Shown here piece by piece: positions 50,311 through 63,120 of a stretch of DNA of 64,000 nt. Positions within the stretch are counted from its first letter, which is position 1. Every line of letters starts with the position of its first letter. This DNA is from Octopus sinensis. Lineage: Eukaryota. The DNA lies in NCBI RefSeq assembly GCF_006345805.1, contig NC_042998.1, forward strand, positions 83,514,001-83,578,000, read 5' to 3'. The position numbers and the translations under genes are program-made. Under the pieces are notes generated by a model. It saw only the letters and a list, made by a program, of their open reading frames with translations. It was not told the origin of the DNA and did not search any database.

Positions 50311-51760
50311 GGTTTGAAGATAATCTAACCAAATTTTCATGATTTCGAGCCACTCACCCAATGAGTATTTCTGCCAAATTTGGTGAAAATCCATTCAGCT
50401 GTTTTCCAGTAATTTTGCAAACACACAGACAAAGCTACCCTGCTTTCACTTATGCACACAGAGTAATTGTTATAATTCTTTCTATTATAGGCACAAGATC
50501 TGAAATTTTAAAGAAAAGGGCCAGTCAATAACAGCAACTGGTAGTTATTTTATCAACCCCAAAAGGAAAAACAGTAAAGTTGACTTCAGTGGCATATGAA
50601 CTTGGAATGTAAAAAGCCAGAAGAAATGGCCATAAGTATTTTGTTCAACACACTTAACATCAACCCAATAACGACTGCCATTTTACAAAATTCTTCTTTA
50701 TCTTTCATCTTTTACTTGTTTCAGTCATTAGACTGAGGCCATGCTGGGGCACCACCTTGAAGGATTTTAGTCAAACAAATCAACCCTAGTACTTATTCTA
50801 TCCACCTCTTTTACTTGGTACTTATAGCCTGGTACTTATTCTATCCACCTCTTTTGCCAAATGCTAAGTTACAAGAACATAAATACACCAACACTGGTTG
50901 TCGAGTGGTGGAGGAGGGGAAAATGCAGACACAAAGATACACATACATATATATATACATACACACATTCAATGGGTTTCTCTTTTAGTTATTGTGTACC
51001 ACTCAAGGCTTTGGTCAGCCTGAGGCTATAGCAGAAGACACTTGTCCAAGATGCCACACAGTAGGACGGAACCCAGAACTATGTGGTTGGAAAACAAGAC
51101 GTCTTGCCACACACCCACACCTATGTGTATATTCAAAATTAATTGAAACAAAGGAAGCAGTGTTTCTCAACAAAAATATGCTTACAAAAGAGTTAATCAT
51201 TTCCCCACTCCTCACCCACTGCTAACAGTCTGGAAGACCCTGTATCAGGTCATAAATACTACCCCACCCTCTCTGAGCCATAGCAAAAACAAACAATAAC
51301 AGATCAGGTGCTGTAAGTCAGACATGGCCTTGGCCAATCTGGCTACAACCTATCTGAGATTTTATCAAGTTTTACTAACATCATTGCATTATATCTAATT
51401 TGACAACAGATGGGAAATATATAACACATCTCTCTTACTCTCTCTCTCTTTGAAAAGCGAGATCCACCAGATGAAGAAGTTGGTAGTTTGGCAAAGTGGA
51501 ATTAAGTAAATTATTGTACCTAACTCAAGAATTTACAGTATTTGAATAGTCTCCCAGTGCTGTATATCTTGGACTGTTTACAAGAGTTTTCTACAACGTT
51601 TATTACGGGAATACACAGCAAAACAGCATTAAACATCAGCTGATAATTGTCCTAGATTATATATATGTGTGTATGCATATGTATACACACATGCATATAT
51701 ATATATTATAATACATTCACACATACACACATAGAAGCAAAAATATGTTGACATATACTT

Positions 51761-51800
<40 letters not shown>

Positions 51801-52460
51801 ACACACACACATATTAATAAAAGGGAAACCATTATGAGACAATCACAAAATTATAAAAAAATATAGTCTGTTCTGTATCCATGAACAAAACGAGCTAAAA
51901 TCGTCAGAGCTGCTGCAAATGTTCCTATGTGACAATGAAAGAGTGAACGAATATGAAGTGTTGATGAAGTGTTAAACATAATATCTAAGCTGGTAAGCAA
52001 GAGTTAGATCTCTGGGTCTGCCATAATATCATCATCATCATTATCATCATTTAGAGTCTGCTTTCCATGCTGGCATAGGTTGGACCAGACTCCAGTCTGA
52101 TTTAGTATGGTTTCTATGGTTGGATACTCTTCCTAACACGAACCAATGTGAGAGTGTAATAAGTGCTGTTACATGCCACTGGCACGGGTGCCATTTTCAT
52201 GACACCAGTATCTGCCATGACTGCAATTTTACTTCACTTGATGGGTCTTCTTCTGGAGCACAACATAATGCCAAGGTCTCGGTCATTCGTCATTACCTCC
52301 ATGAGGCCCAACACTCAAAAGTAGCTTTTCACATGCCACCAGCATTGGCCACTTTGCATCTATGAGGTCCAACACTCAAAAGGTGTTTTATATCTGCCAG
52401 TTATGTGATACAGCCCCAACTACAATTTAACTTGGCTTGACAGATTTTATACACACACAT

Positions 52461-53016
52461 ATATATTTTATATAAAATCCGTTCTGTCTGTCTGTGTGTG
52501 TGTGTGTCTTCTAGGATCTCGGGCATCCTCCATCCAATTGCGCTCAAATTCGATATGTAGATGCCAACGGTATCAGGATGTGTATAAGTCTTAAAAAAAT
52601 TACAAAAATCTATTCCAGGTGAGAATGCGATTGATAAAGCTGTGGGAACATGCATTTGTACATGCAAGTACATCAGCTGTTGCGTTGATACTACACGTAT
52701 GCGAGAAAAATGCATGTGCAGTTTGCGCAAAAAAAGCCAGCTGGTTTGAAATAATGCCACAAAATGCAGTATATTTAAGAGACCAAAAAAGTAAGATGCA
52801 AAAGAGATATTTTCATCAAACTTGGCATGAAGGAAGGAAAGACTATTTGGTTTTTCAAGAAGTTTTTTTTTGCCTTAACTTCGTTTAACAAAACCAAAAA
52901 TGTTATTGAAATAAAGGCATGCTTAATTATTTTTTAATGAAAAGAAAATACTGATTGCTTTTTATTCAACAGATATATTTCAGCACCGTCCATTGGACAG
53001 CGGGCATTTTGCTTGT
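52461..53016 (+). mobile_element. Non-autonomous Helitron/Helentron-like element
   Basis: 5' TATATAAAA + (TCTG)n microsatellite. 3' hairpin CCGTCCA-T-TGGACAGCGG followed ~8 nt later by CTTGT (CTAGT-like terminus). Confidence 0.55.
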
Positions 53017-53033
53017 ATATATATATATATATA

Positions 53034-53335
53034 TTGATACTTTGATAGATTTCAGCCAGTATTGGCCCAGGCCATGGCTAACTTAATAGCACCACCTAGC
53101 AAAGTCATTCAAATCAAGAATCAAACAACATGGCCTACTCGGGGAGAGAGTTATTGTTTATGGAGACATATCCGGGTGTAGGAGGTTTATGTCGGATTTT
53201 TTGAAAGAATTTGTCCAAAGACTTCTTGAACTTTATGGGATCTGTTTCTACTTTAATGTGTTTTGGTGTAATGTTAAAGAGAGCAGGGCCCATTGAGGTG
53301 AAATAATTGTGCCGTATTGTTATGTGATGCGAGTA
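53034..53335 (-). mobile_element. 3' end of a CR1/L2-group LINE
   Basis: Minus strand translates RHNYFTSMGPALFNITPKHIKVETDPIKFKKSLDKFFQKIRHKPPTPGYVSINNNSLPE* (stop 53135-53137), typical of this group's C terminus. A short UTR follows. Confidence 0.7.
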
Positions 53336-53757
53336 TATCTGTATAAATAACAGCAGCCAAACAGCTGTTCCTAATCATCTCATTCTTCCCATATTCATAT
53401 CACACATATCACACAGCTAAATGTGTAACAGCAGATATCACATAGTGGACAGTGAAAAAGTGATTCAGAAACAATTCTCCCTCAAGAAGATGACACTTGG
53501 AAGAAATGCTGAATGCTGCAGTCATGACAACTAATTCCTGGTGACAGTTATATAGATAATTTATCCAATCAATTTACAAGACACTCACACACATTCTCAC
53601 ATGCACACAAACATATATTTATTGCTAGGAAACTTTGAAGCCACTGTCAACCTTTTCCTTGAAGAAATAAATTTGATACTCAACTATATTGAGAATACTT
53701 CAGTTAATGATTGAAGGTAATTATATATAACATATATTACATACATATATACATATC

Positions 53758-53817
<60 letters not shown>

Positions 53818-54221
53818 TCTCTTTTATACTTTTATCTGTTTCAGTTGTTTGACTGCAGCCATGTTGGAGCACTGCCTTTAGTCAAGCGAATCAACCCCAA
53901 GATTTATTCTTTGTAAGCCTAGTAATTATTCTATTGGTCTCTTTCGCCAAACCGCTACATTACAGGAACGTACACACACCAGCATCGGTTGTCAAGTAAT
54001 GTTGAGGGGACAAACACAGACACAAAGATACATACACATAAATACATATACGAAAGGCTTCTTTCACTTTCCGTCTACCAAATCTACTCACAAGGCTTTG
54101 GTCGACATAAGGCTATAGTAGAAGACACTTGCCCAAGGTGCCATGTAGAGGGACTGAACCCAGAAACATGAGGTTGGGAAGCAAGCTACTTACTACAAAG
54201 CCATGCCTGTGCATGTGTGTG

Positions 54222-54269
<48 letters not shown>

Positions 54270-54604
54270 AAACACACTCATATATATCATCATCATCAGT
54301 GTTTAACGTCCGCTTTCCATACTAGCATGGGTTGGACGATTTTGACAGAGAGCTGGCGAACCAGATGGCTGCACCAGGCTCCAATCTTGATTTGGCAGAG
54401 TTTCTACAGCTGGATGCCCTTCCTAATGCCAACCACTCCGAGAGTGTAGTAGGTGCTTTTTATGTGCCACCGGCATGGGAGCCAGTCAGGCGGTACTGGC
54501 AACGACCTTGCTCGAATCGTTTTACACATGCCACCAGCACAGGTGCCAGTAAGGCGATGTTGGTAACAATCACGCTCATATATATAAACACATATAAATA
54601 TATA

Positions 54605-54995
54605 GGCGCAGGAGTGGCTGTGTGGTAAGTGGCTTGCTTCCCAACCACATGGTTCCGGGTTCAGTCCTACCGTGTGCCACCTTGGGCAAGTGTCTTCTAC
54701 TATAGCCTTGGGCCAACCAAAGCCTTGTGAGTGGATTTGGTAGACAGAAACTGAAAGAAACCCATCATATATATGTATGTACATATATATATGTATGTGT
54801 GTGTATATGTTTGTCCCCCAACATCGCTTGAAAACAGATGCTGGTACATTTACGTACCCGTAACTTAACAGTTCAGCAAAAGAGACAGATAGAATAAGAA
54901 CTAGGCTTACAAAGAATAAGTCCTGGGGTCGATTTGCTTGACTAAAGGCAGTGCTCCATCATGGCTGCAGTCAAATGAGTGAAACAAGAAAAAGA

Positions 54996-54996
<1 letters not shown>
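54605..54996 (+). mobile_element. tRNA-derived SINE, family A, full length
   Basis: GGCGCAGGAGTGGCTGTGTGGTAAG...GGTTCCGGGTTCAGTCC... through to tail GAAACAAGAAAAAGAA. Confidence 0.85.
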
Positions 54997-55028
<32 letters not shown>

Positions 55029-55134
55029 ATATATATGTATACTACTAATATAGGATGAAGCTTTTTTACAGAAAAAAATTTCATCAGAAAATGTAGCAGC
55101 ATATTAAAATACCTTTATGGTTAGAATTATAAAC

Positions 55135-55368
55135 AACTTATAAACAAGGGCTAAAGAAAATTATTTCTATGCCAATATGCTGATAACAGACTTTTAAATC
55201 GTCAATTACCACATATTATTTACTCGCCACAGAAAACACGTAGAGCTGAAATCGTGGAAAGCTGGCCAACAGAATATATATATACACATATGTGGAAATT
55301 GACAATTTAAAAGTCTGTTATCAGCTATTGGCATAGAAATAATTTTCTTTAGCCCTTGTTTATAAGTT
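55135..55368. repeat. Near-perfect fold-back (~81-bp arms, ~71-bp spacer)
   Basis: 55135-55216 versus the reverse complement of 55288-55368: about 3 differences. Confidence 0.92.
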
Positions 55369-55923
55369 ATATATATATATAATCATCATCATCATCATCG
55401 TTTAACGTCCGCTTTCCATGCTAGCATGGGTTGGACGGTTCAACTGGGGTCTGGGGAGCCCGAAGGCTGCACCAGGCCAGTCAGATCTGGCAGTGTTTCT
55501 ACAGCTGGATGCCCTTCCTGACGCCAACCACTCCAAGAGTGTAGTGGGTGGTTTTATGTGCCACCGACACAGGTGTCAGACGAGGCTGGCGTACGGCCAT
55601 GCTCGGATGGTGTCTTTTTTATGTGCCACCGACACAGGTGCCAGACGAGGCTGGCAGACGGCCACGAAAACATATTCCTTAAATTTTTGTTTATTAAATT
55701 TTTAAGGTTTATTCATTATTTTTATTTTATTCATTAATTTGTAAAGTAAAATTTTTCGTCAAATAATTTCAATTATCATAGAGTTATATAGGATGCAGAT
55801 AGAGTAATAAATGTGTAAAATCCAGACCTGAAGATTGGGAGTACATCGACCTAACTAAGTATTGAAACTAGAGACTCTTATGTATGCTTATATCTTATAC
55901 ATATATGTATATATATATATGTT

Positions 55924-55955
<32 letters not shown>

Positions 55956-55974
55956 AACATATATATATATGTAT

Positions 55975-56351
55975 ACTAGCAGTATCTCCCGGTGTTGCTC
56001 GGGTTTGTTTCGACCCTTTAGAATTAGAATTTTTGAAAAGTAAAAATTTTGCATTATGTAGCTTGTTATTCTCTTTACATGAATATTTTCCTGGTTGAAA
56101 TACACCGAAAAATGGCAATACAGTTGTCAAAAAATTGTAAAAAATAGGTATTTTCATAGAAAAAAAGCACCTTTTTGATGTTAATAATTTTTGGTCTTAA
56201 CATGGTCCAATTTGAATTTTTTTCTTCTACGGAAGGAAGAGCAATCCTTCTTCTATCATACTCTCAATTTTGGTCAACTTGCGCCGCAGGGTCTCAGAGG
56301 AGATAGTGTTAGTTGAAGGCTGCCAAACCTGCCATACACAGACAACTTCAG

Positions 56352-56360
<9 letters not shown>
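55975..56360 (-). mobile_element. Non-autonomous Helitron/Helentron-like element inserted in (TA)n
   Basis: The minus-strand 3' end reads CCCGAGCAACACCGGG (hairpin), then 8 nt, then CTAGT. The 5' end merges with (TA)n. Confidence 0.65.
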
Positions 56361-56406
<46 letters not shown>

Positions 56407-56734
56407 TTTTAATCTTCGGATTCTTTTTTAATATGCTAGACCACTGGTTCTAATTGATAAATATCAATTTCTACCCTTAATTAATTTTATATAAATAAAT
56501 ATGTTCTCTAACCGATAAATTGACTGCTGCTAATTATTAGCTGCAGGCTGGTTTTTTAGGGTCTCAATGCGCCAAAGTAAAGGCATTTGAAAGATACATT
56601 TGAATGTAATAGGTTGAACTCCATGCACGCGACACTCCGGTATCGTTTTTGCATCTATATATATATATATATATAAACACACATACACACACACACACCC
56701 ACACCCATGTGGGTATATATGTAGACTGATTTAT

Positions 56735-56873
56735 ATTACATAATCTCCGAAGAGGCCTTATGATATTTTTGTAAATGTCTCATTTATATCTATATATTGA
56801 CCAACCATAAGGGCTAATATTGGTAAAATGAGACATACTTATCTACATGGCCGAAACAGCTGTAAGATGTAAT
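56735..56873 (+). ncRNA. Type I hammerhead motif with ~90-nt structured stem II insertion and U4C core variant
   Basis: TTACAT-aat-CT-CCGAAGA(56747-56753)-GGCC...GGCC-GAAA(56853-56856)-CAGCTG-TA^AG-ATGTAA. The insertion contains the perfect 11-bp pair ATGTCTCATTT (56775) / AAATGAGACAT (56826). Confidence 0.7.
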
Positions 56874-57627
56874 CTATACTTATATTTATATTTACTTATA
56901 TTTATATTCTCTTTTTTATATATATTCTACTTATTGTACAACATTACTCTTTTATGTACACTTTTTTATGTACATTCCTTTATGTACACTGATTTGTTCT
57001 GCTTTTTATATTTAACCCTACAGTCTCTTATGTGGTGGTTTAATAAAGTATGTGATTGAGTATTATCTGGTAATTGATATTTGATTTAGATGTATTTCTC
57101 CATTTTCTTATCTTGTATATATAAACATATATATATCATCATCATTGTTTAAAGTTCGCTTTCCATGCTAGCATGGGTTGGACGATTTTGACTGAGGGCT
57201 GGAGAACCAGATGGCTGCACCAAGCTCCAATCTTGATCTGGCAGAGTTTCTACAGCTGGATGCCCTTCCTAACGCCAAACACTCCGAGAGTGTAGAAGGG
57301 TACTTTTTATGTGCCACCAGCACAGACATATATATATATATGGTTTAGTATGCATATATACTGTTGTGAAATATATTAATTTTTAATGTATTAATTGTAT
57401 TAATCGAATTATATTTCATACATAATTAATGACAATATGTATTTTGAATCCACTCTTCGATTTAAGGTTTTTACTCGATTTTTATAATTTATAATTTATA
57501 TTGAATTCATTTATTTTGTTTATCGTATGCTTAAGACTGTTATTTGAAAGGACCAATGAAACAAATCCATTTTTAAAAGTGTATCCTTTATCTAGTTTTG
57601 ATCATATTGTTATTTCTGTTCTATTCT

Positions 57628-57680
57628 AACAAAACTGTCCAACGAACGGGAACTTGAAACTCTGAGTAACAGCTTTTGTT
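57628..57680 (+). ncRNA. Degenerate type I hammerhead motif
   Basis: AACAAAA-CTGT-CCAACGA-acgggaactt-GAAA-CTC-T-GAG-TA^ACAG-c-TTTTGTT. It has an 11-bp stem I and near-palindromic stem III, with core and stem II mutated. AATAAA lies ~20 nt downstream. Confidence 0.6.
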
Positions 57681-57812
57681 ATATTTCTGCTGCTTTTAAA
57701 TAAAGCATATTACTCTACCTCTGGTATTTGAGTACTCTTTTATCCACCTTGTTTCACATTTATGTGCTTACTCCAGTATAAACATATATATATACATATA
57801 AACATATATATA

Positions 57813-58016
57813 TGTCAAAAACTGTGTGATCTTGGCATAGTTGGAAAATTGGGAGAATGGTTTCATGACTTTCTGAAAGATAGAAGTCAGGTGGTAGTAG
57901 CCAATGGGGCCACCTCCAATGACACGCAAATAGTGAGTGGTGCTCCGCAAGGCACTGTTTTGGGACCACTACTGTTCATAATGGCCCTCTCAGACATACC
58001 CTCAGCCACACAGAGA
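57813..58016 (+). pseudogene. Internal reverse-transcriptase fragment of a CR1/L2-group LINE
   Basis: Translates LGIVGKLGEWFHDFLKDRSQVVVANG...SGAPQGTVLGPLLFIMALSDIP (the SGVPQGSVLGPLLF motif). Confidence 0.85.
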
Positions 58017-59553
58017 GCCTTCCAGTTACTTTGATTCAAAGTCACCCCATTTTTTTCTAGTTGTCTCCTCTCTTTACTCTTTCTGTTGCTTCTACAGTGA
58101 CCTATGTTCACCAGAGCCAGTTCATCTCAGCCGAACCAAACCTGCCCAACTCATATGTCAACATCCATGTTGTATCTATTATCCAAGCAGCGACTGTGCT
58201 AACCATAATTATCAATCGTTTTCCAATGCCAGATTGTCACCCGACTGGAGCTCAAGAAAAACTTCAGCCATGTTGATCTCACAAGCCCCAGAGAGCCTAT
58301 GAAAACCATGGACTTTTGGCAAAACATATCAAAGAATAGACACCAGACTTGAAAAAAATAAGAAGGGAAATAAGTAAAAGATAAAATATTCTGAGTATCT
58401 GGGTGGAAAACTTAACAAGTTGCCTGATTTAACACAATTCCTTGTGCCTTGGGTACCTTTAGCAGACACTATTCTACTAAAAGCCAGATCTCTAGTTTTT
58501 GAGATTAAGAATACTTTCCTCTATCTCTCTCCTACCAATGTATAATGCTCTTTAAAAGATCATAGGTTCTGCCATTCAGGGTCATGAAAACCAAACATAT
58601 TTATCTACAGCCATCTGTGCATCGTACTTAATATATACACACTGTTTATAAGCCAGTTACTGCAGTGTTTGTCCAGAGATAGCATCTTTTATGGGCTTGC
58701 TCTGACGAAAACAGAATAAATACCAAAGAGAGATGAAAATTCCTGCCAACAGGAGCCAGCACGGGTGCCAGATGCATTTTGTCCTTTTTTAATGGACATA
58801 AATGGTTATTTTAATTTAATATTGCTTCCATTGCATATACTGGATTTCTGCTCAGCCAAACAGATATTTGCAACATCAGTGAAGGTTTTATTTCCTTTTT
58901 CGTACCTCAGAAGCAACAAATTCCTTTCTGAACACATGTCTGGCTGTGAGTACATGCCACTGAAAAGGCCCAAAAGGTCTGAAATGCATTGAGTGTTCTC
59001 AGTGGTAGCTATTGGAGTGGATTTCCATCTCTCTCTCTTATATTTATTGTGCTTTTAACACAACAATTACATAAGAAATGCTATCTCAAGAAAAACACTG
59101 TAGCAACTGAATTTTTATTTATTGACCCCTATAGATTGAAGGTGACAAGATGGGATATGAGGAAGATTCAGCTGCTACTTCTAGCAAAGCAAGCAACCAT
59201 GTAGTGTCTTCCTCAATAATAAATAAAAGGTATAAGGCAGACAAACCTGGATGAGGTGATATTTTTTAGACAGCAAGAAAAGAAGGTCAATATTGTTGTA
59301 ATCACTTAGATTTGTGTAAGTTAAGTGTTGTCTTTTGTCACTTGACTTTTATTGACTTCACTTCATCTATGGAAGAATTACTTAATGTAACTCAGAGTGA
59401 TTTTTCTTTCTTTTTTCTTTTTTTGATTTTTTTCTTGTTCGATCTAAAACTGAAAAATAGGTAGTAGTGGATTGATGGTTGTTGTGACAATTGTACTCTC
59501 TCTCTCTCACTCTAAAATACACACACACACACACACCACACACACACACAACA

Positions 59554-59610
<57 letters not shown>

Positions 59611-59751
59611 ACACATATATATATATATATATTATATATATATATATATAAACACACACATGTATATATATGAAAGCAAGGCAGAAAGATGGATAAATAG
59701 GTAGATGGTGGTAGGTATAGGGAGAGAGAACTATGTGTGCACACACAAACA

Positions 59752-59790
<39 letters not shown>

Positions 59791-59963
59791 GAGGAAAGTA
59801 ACACTACAACTGTGTATAGTCGCAGGCATGGTTGTGTGGTTAAGATGCTTGCTTTGGAACCACATGGTGTCAGATTCAGTCTCAATGCATGACACATTGG
59901 GCAAGTATCTTCTACTATAACCCTGGACCACCTAATACCTATTTCTTTACTACCCACAAAGGG

Positions 59964-60003
<40 letters not shown>

Positions 60004-60417
60004 GAACTAACAATAAATAGGCTTTGTTATGTAGGGAGAGAAATCTTTACATAGGTTTACATGACAAGAGATAATAAATTTAGCTTTTAGAGTAGTAGTA
60101 GTAGTCAATTCATACATTGAAATAAATTACTAAATGCACACTGAAATATGAGGAGAAAAACACACACATAAATACACATATATATATAAACACACACATG
60201 CATATGCCCATATATACATAAACACACACTCATACATGCCCATATATATATATAAATACACACACACACACCCATATATGTAAAAACACATGCACACACC
60301 CACATAAATACACACACACACATATATAAACACATACACACATACACACACATAAACATGCATAAACACACACACACACACACGCATAAACACACACACA
60401 CACACACACATACACAA

Positions 60418-60463
<46 letters not shown>

Positions 60464-61000
60464 CGAAATCGAATTGAACCAGCCAGGATCCCTGGTCTGG
60501 TGGTACGTAAAAAGCACTATCCGACTCGTGGCCGATGCCAGCGCCGCCTCCACTGGCTTCCGTGCCGGTGGCACGTAAAATACACCAATCCGACCGTACG
60601 ACAGGCACCCATGCCAACCCCCTTTGCTTGCGAAGACATGTTGGGGCAAGCGAAATCGAAATCGAATTGAACTAGCCAGGATCCCTGGTCTGGTGGTACG
60701 TAAAAAGCACTATCCGACTCGTGGCCGATGCCAGCACCGCCTCGACTGGCTTCCGTGCCGGTGGCACATAAAATACACCAATCCGACCGTGGCCGTTGCC
60801 AGCCTTGCCTGGCACCTGTGCAGGTGGCACGTAAAAAGCACCCACTACACTCACGGAGTGGTTGGCGTTAGGAAGGGCATCAAGCTGTAGAAACATTGAT
60901 AAGACTGGAGCCTGGTGCAGCCTTCTGGCTTCCCAGATCCCCGGTCGAACCGTCCAACCCATGCTAGCATGGAGAACGGACGTTAAACGATGATGATGAT
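60464..61000 (+). mobile_element. RTE 3'-tail element with internal ~193-bp-offset tandem duplication
   Basis: CGAAATCGAATTGAAC..AGCCAGGATCCCTGGTCTGG at 60464 and 60657. It ends ACGTTAAACGATGATGATGAT. Confidence 0.85.
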
Positions 61001-61546
61001 GATATATATATGTATATATGTATACATATATATGAAAGAGAAAAAGAGAGAGAATATGGTCAACTATTGTCATTGATTCTGAGAATGTAAAGTGTATAGT
61101 TGAAAACGTTTCTATAAAGCAGTGAGTGTGTATGATTTGATTTGATTTGATTTAGTTTCAGCTCATGAGCTGTGGCCATACTGGTGCACTGCCATTCATT
61201 GTTGCTACTTAATTTTACTTCACTAATTCTCTTTAGAAGTTGACATTTGGTGCATGAGGGAGATATGTATGCCTAGAAAATATTTGCAATAACTACTGGT
61301 ATGTATGCCAAATCATACACGTTTGCCTGCATAAACAAACAGAGAAAGTGAGAGTGAGAGAGTGGGGTGTAAAGATATGAATGACTGAAAGCATGAAAGG
61401 AACGTGAGGGGGAGGGTGTGTGCAGGTGCGTGGTTAAATAACTATACCTATTATCAAGGTATGTGCTTGTAAATATATTTTCACACTGTTTATATATATA
61501 TACATGAGTGTGTATATCTACACACACACACACACACACATGTATG

Positions 61547-61583
<37 letters not shown>

Positions 61584-62525
61584 ATGTGTATTTATGTGTG
61601 TGTGCGTAGAAAGAAAGAAAGAAAGAAGAAAGAAAGAAAAAAAGAAAGAAAGAAGTTGTCTTTTGATATCTGCACAATGCACTTCTGGCCTTGAATCTTC
61701 AATATATGCAAACAAGCTGACCTCAACGTGGTTGCTGAATCTGTTAGAAATAGCAGCGAAATTCCTCTTAGAGAAATTTAAAGAAGAGGAAAGAACACAT
61801 TAGAAAAAAATATAGTCCTAAATACTACCCATACAACAGGACAGTTACAACTGGAATGCCTTTGATCAAATATCTGCTCAGTTAGGGTTGACCCAGGGTT
61901 AAACATCAGTGACCTATACAGCTATTTGAGGCATTTCTAAAGATATCTACCAGAAATCTAGAAATAGTGGTGTGGGGGTGAGGGTAGTAGTAGTAGTAGT
62001 AATAGTAGTAGTAGTAGTAGTAGTAGTAGCAGCAGCAGCACTGGAATTGATGTTAGTAATGGTGATGGTAGCAGTAGTAACAGAAGCAAGAGTAGCAACA
62101 GCAGTTGTTGTTTAGCCCCAGGTCAGCTCTGATCCAGCAGACTTCTGATCAAAGGTGTTCCGACCATGACTACACTGTCTTTTTCTAAGACAATAGGCTG
62201 TGCTGATTTACAGGAAATCTGGCTTCCATTTCTAGCATGTCAGGGACTGCCCACAGGTATCCCCAATGACTTGCCACCAGTGATGCAGAACTTTAATATG
62301 AGTAGAGTTAAATGGTAATGATCAGATAGCAGATCCCAAAGTACATCATTCTCATCTCAAGGCCTCAAGGTTGTGAAGTCAGAAGTTTGCTTCTTAACCA
62401 CATGGTTTCAGGTTCAATCCCACAGCGTGGTACCTTGGGCTTCTTTCTTGAAATATAGCCCCAGACTAACCAAAGCCTTGCAAGTGAGTTCAGTAGATGG
62501 AACATATATATATATATACATATGT

Positions 62526-62832
62526 GGAGGCGCAATGGCCCGGTGGTTAATGCAGTGGACTTGCGGTTGTAGGATTGCGGTTTCGATTCCCAGACCGGGC
62601 ATTATGAGTGTTTATTGAGCAAAAACACCTAAAGCTCCACAAGGCTCCGGCAGGGGATGGTGGCGATCCCTGCTGTACTCTTTCGCCGCAACTTTCTCTC
62701 ACTCTTTCTTCTGTTGGTCTGCTTGCTTAGCCAGTGGGGTGGCGTCATTTGAAGGCTAAAACAATGCGAAGCGCATTGTGACCAGCGATGTGTAGCAACA
62801 TCTGATAGCCTGGTTGGTCACGGTGATCACGG
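62526..62832 (+). mobile_element. tRNA-derived SINE, family D, CpG-rich (young)
   Basis: A box TGGCCCGGTGG and B box GGTTTCGATTCCC. It ends in a short repeated tail GGTCACGGTGATCACGG before (TA)n. Confidence 0.75.
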
Positions 62833-62847
62833 CAATATATATATATA

Positions 62848-63120
62848 TACTAGTATTATAACCCTAGTTATAATACTATAATACTAGTATAATACTAGTA
62901 TTATAATACTATAATACTAGTATTATAATACTATAATACTAGTATAATACTAGTATTATAATACTATAATACTAGTATTACTAGTAATACTAGTATTACT
63001 AGTAATACTAGTATTACTAGTAATACTAGTAATACTAGTAATACTAGTAATACTAGTATTACTAGTAATACTAGTAATACTAGTAATACTAGTAATACTA
63101 GTATTATAACTAGTATTATA
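62848..63120. repeat. Self-complementary minisatellite built from TAGTATTAY and its reverse complement RTAATACTA
   Basis: Alternating TAGTATTAC / TAGTAATAC / TATAATAC units around ACTAGT palindromes. Confidence 0.9.

Noticed and set aside
55821-55880. CTGAAGA ... GAAA-CTAGAG hammerhead-like motif
   Set aside because: Stem I has no 3' partner and stem II is ambiguous. It may be a truncated relic but is not callable.
58955-58995. CTGAAAA-GGCC-CAAAA-GGTCT-GAAA-TGCA-TT motif
   Set aside because: The core G8 is absent and stem I does not pair without assuming deletions.
62526-62600. tRNA gene
   Set aside because: It has A and B boxes but no closable cloverleaf or acceptor stem, and it continues into a SINE body.
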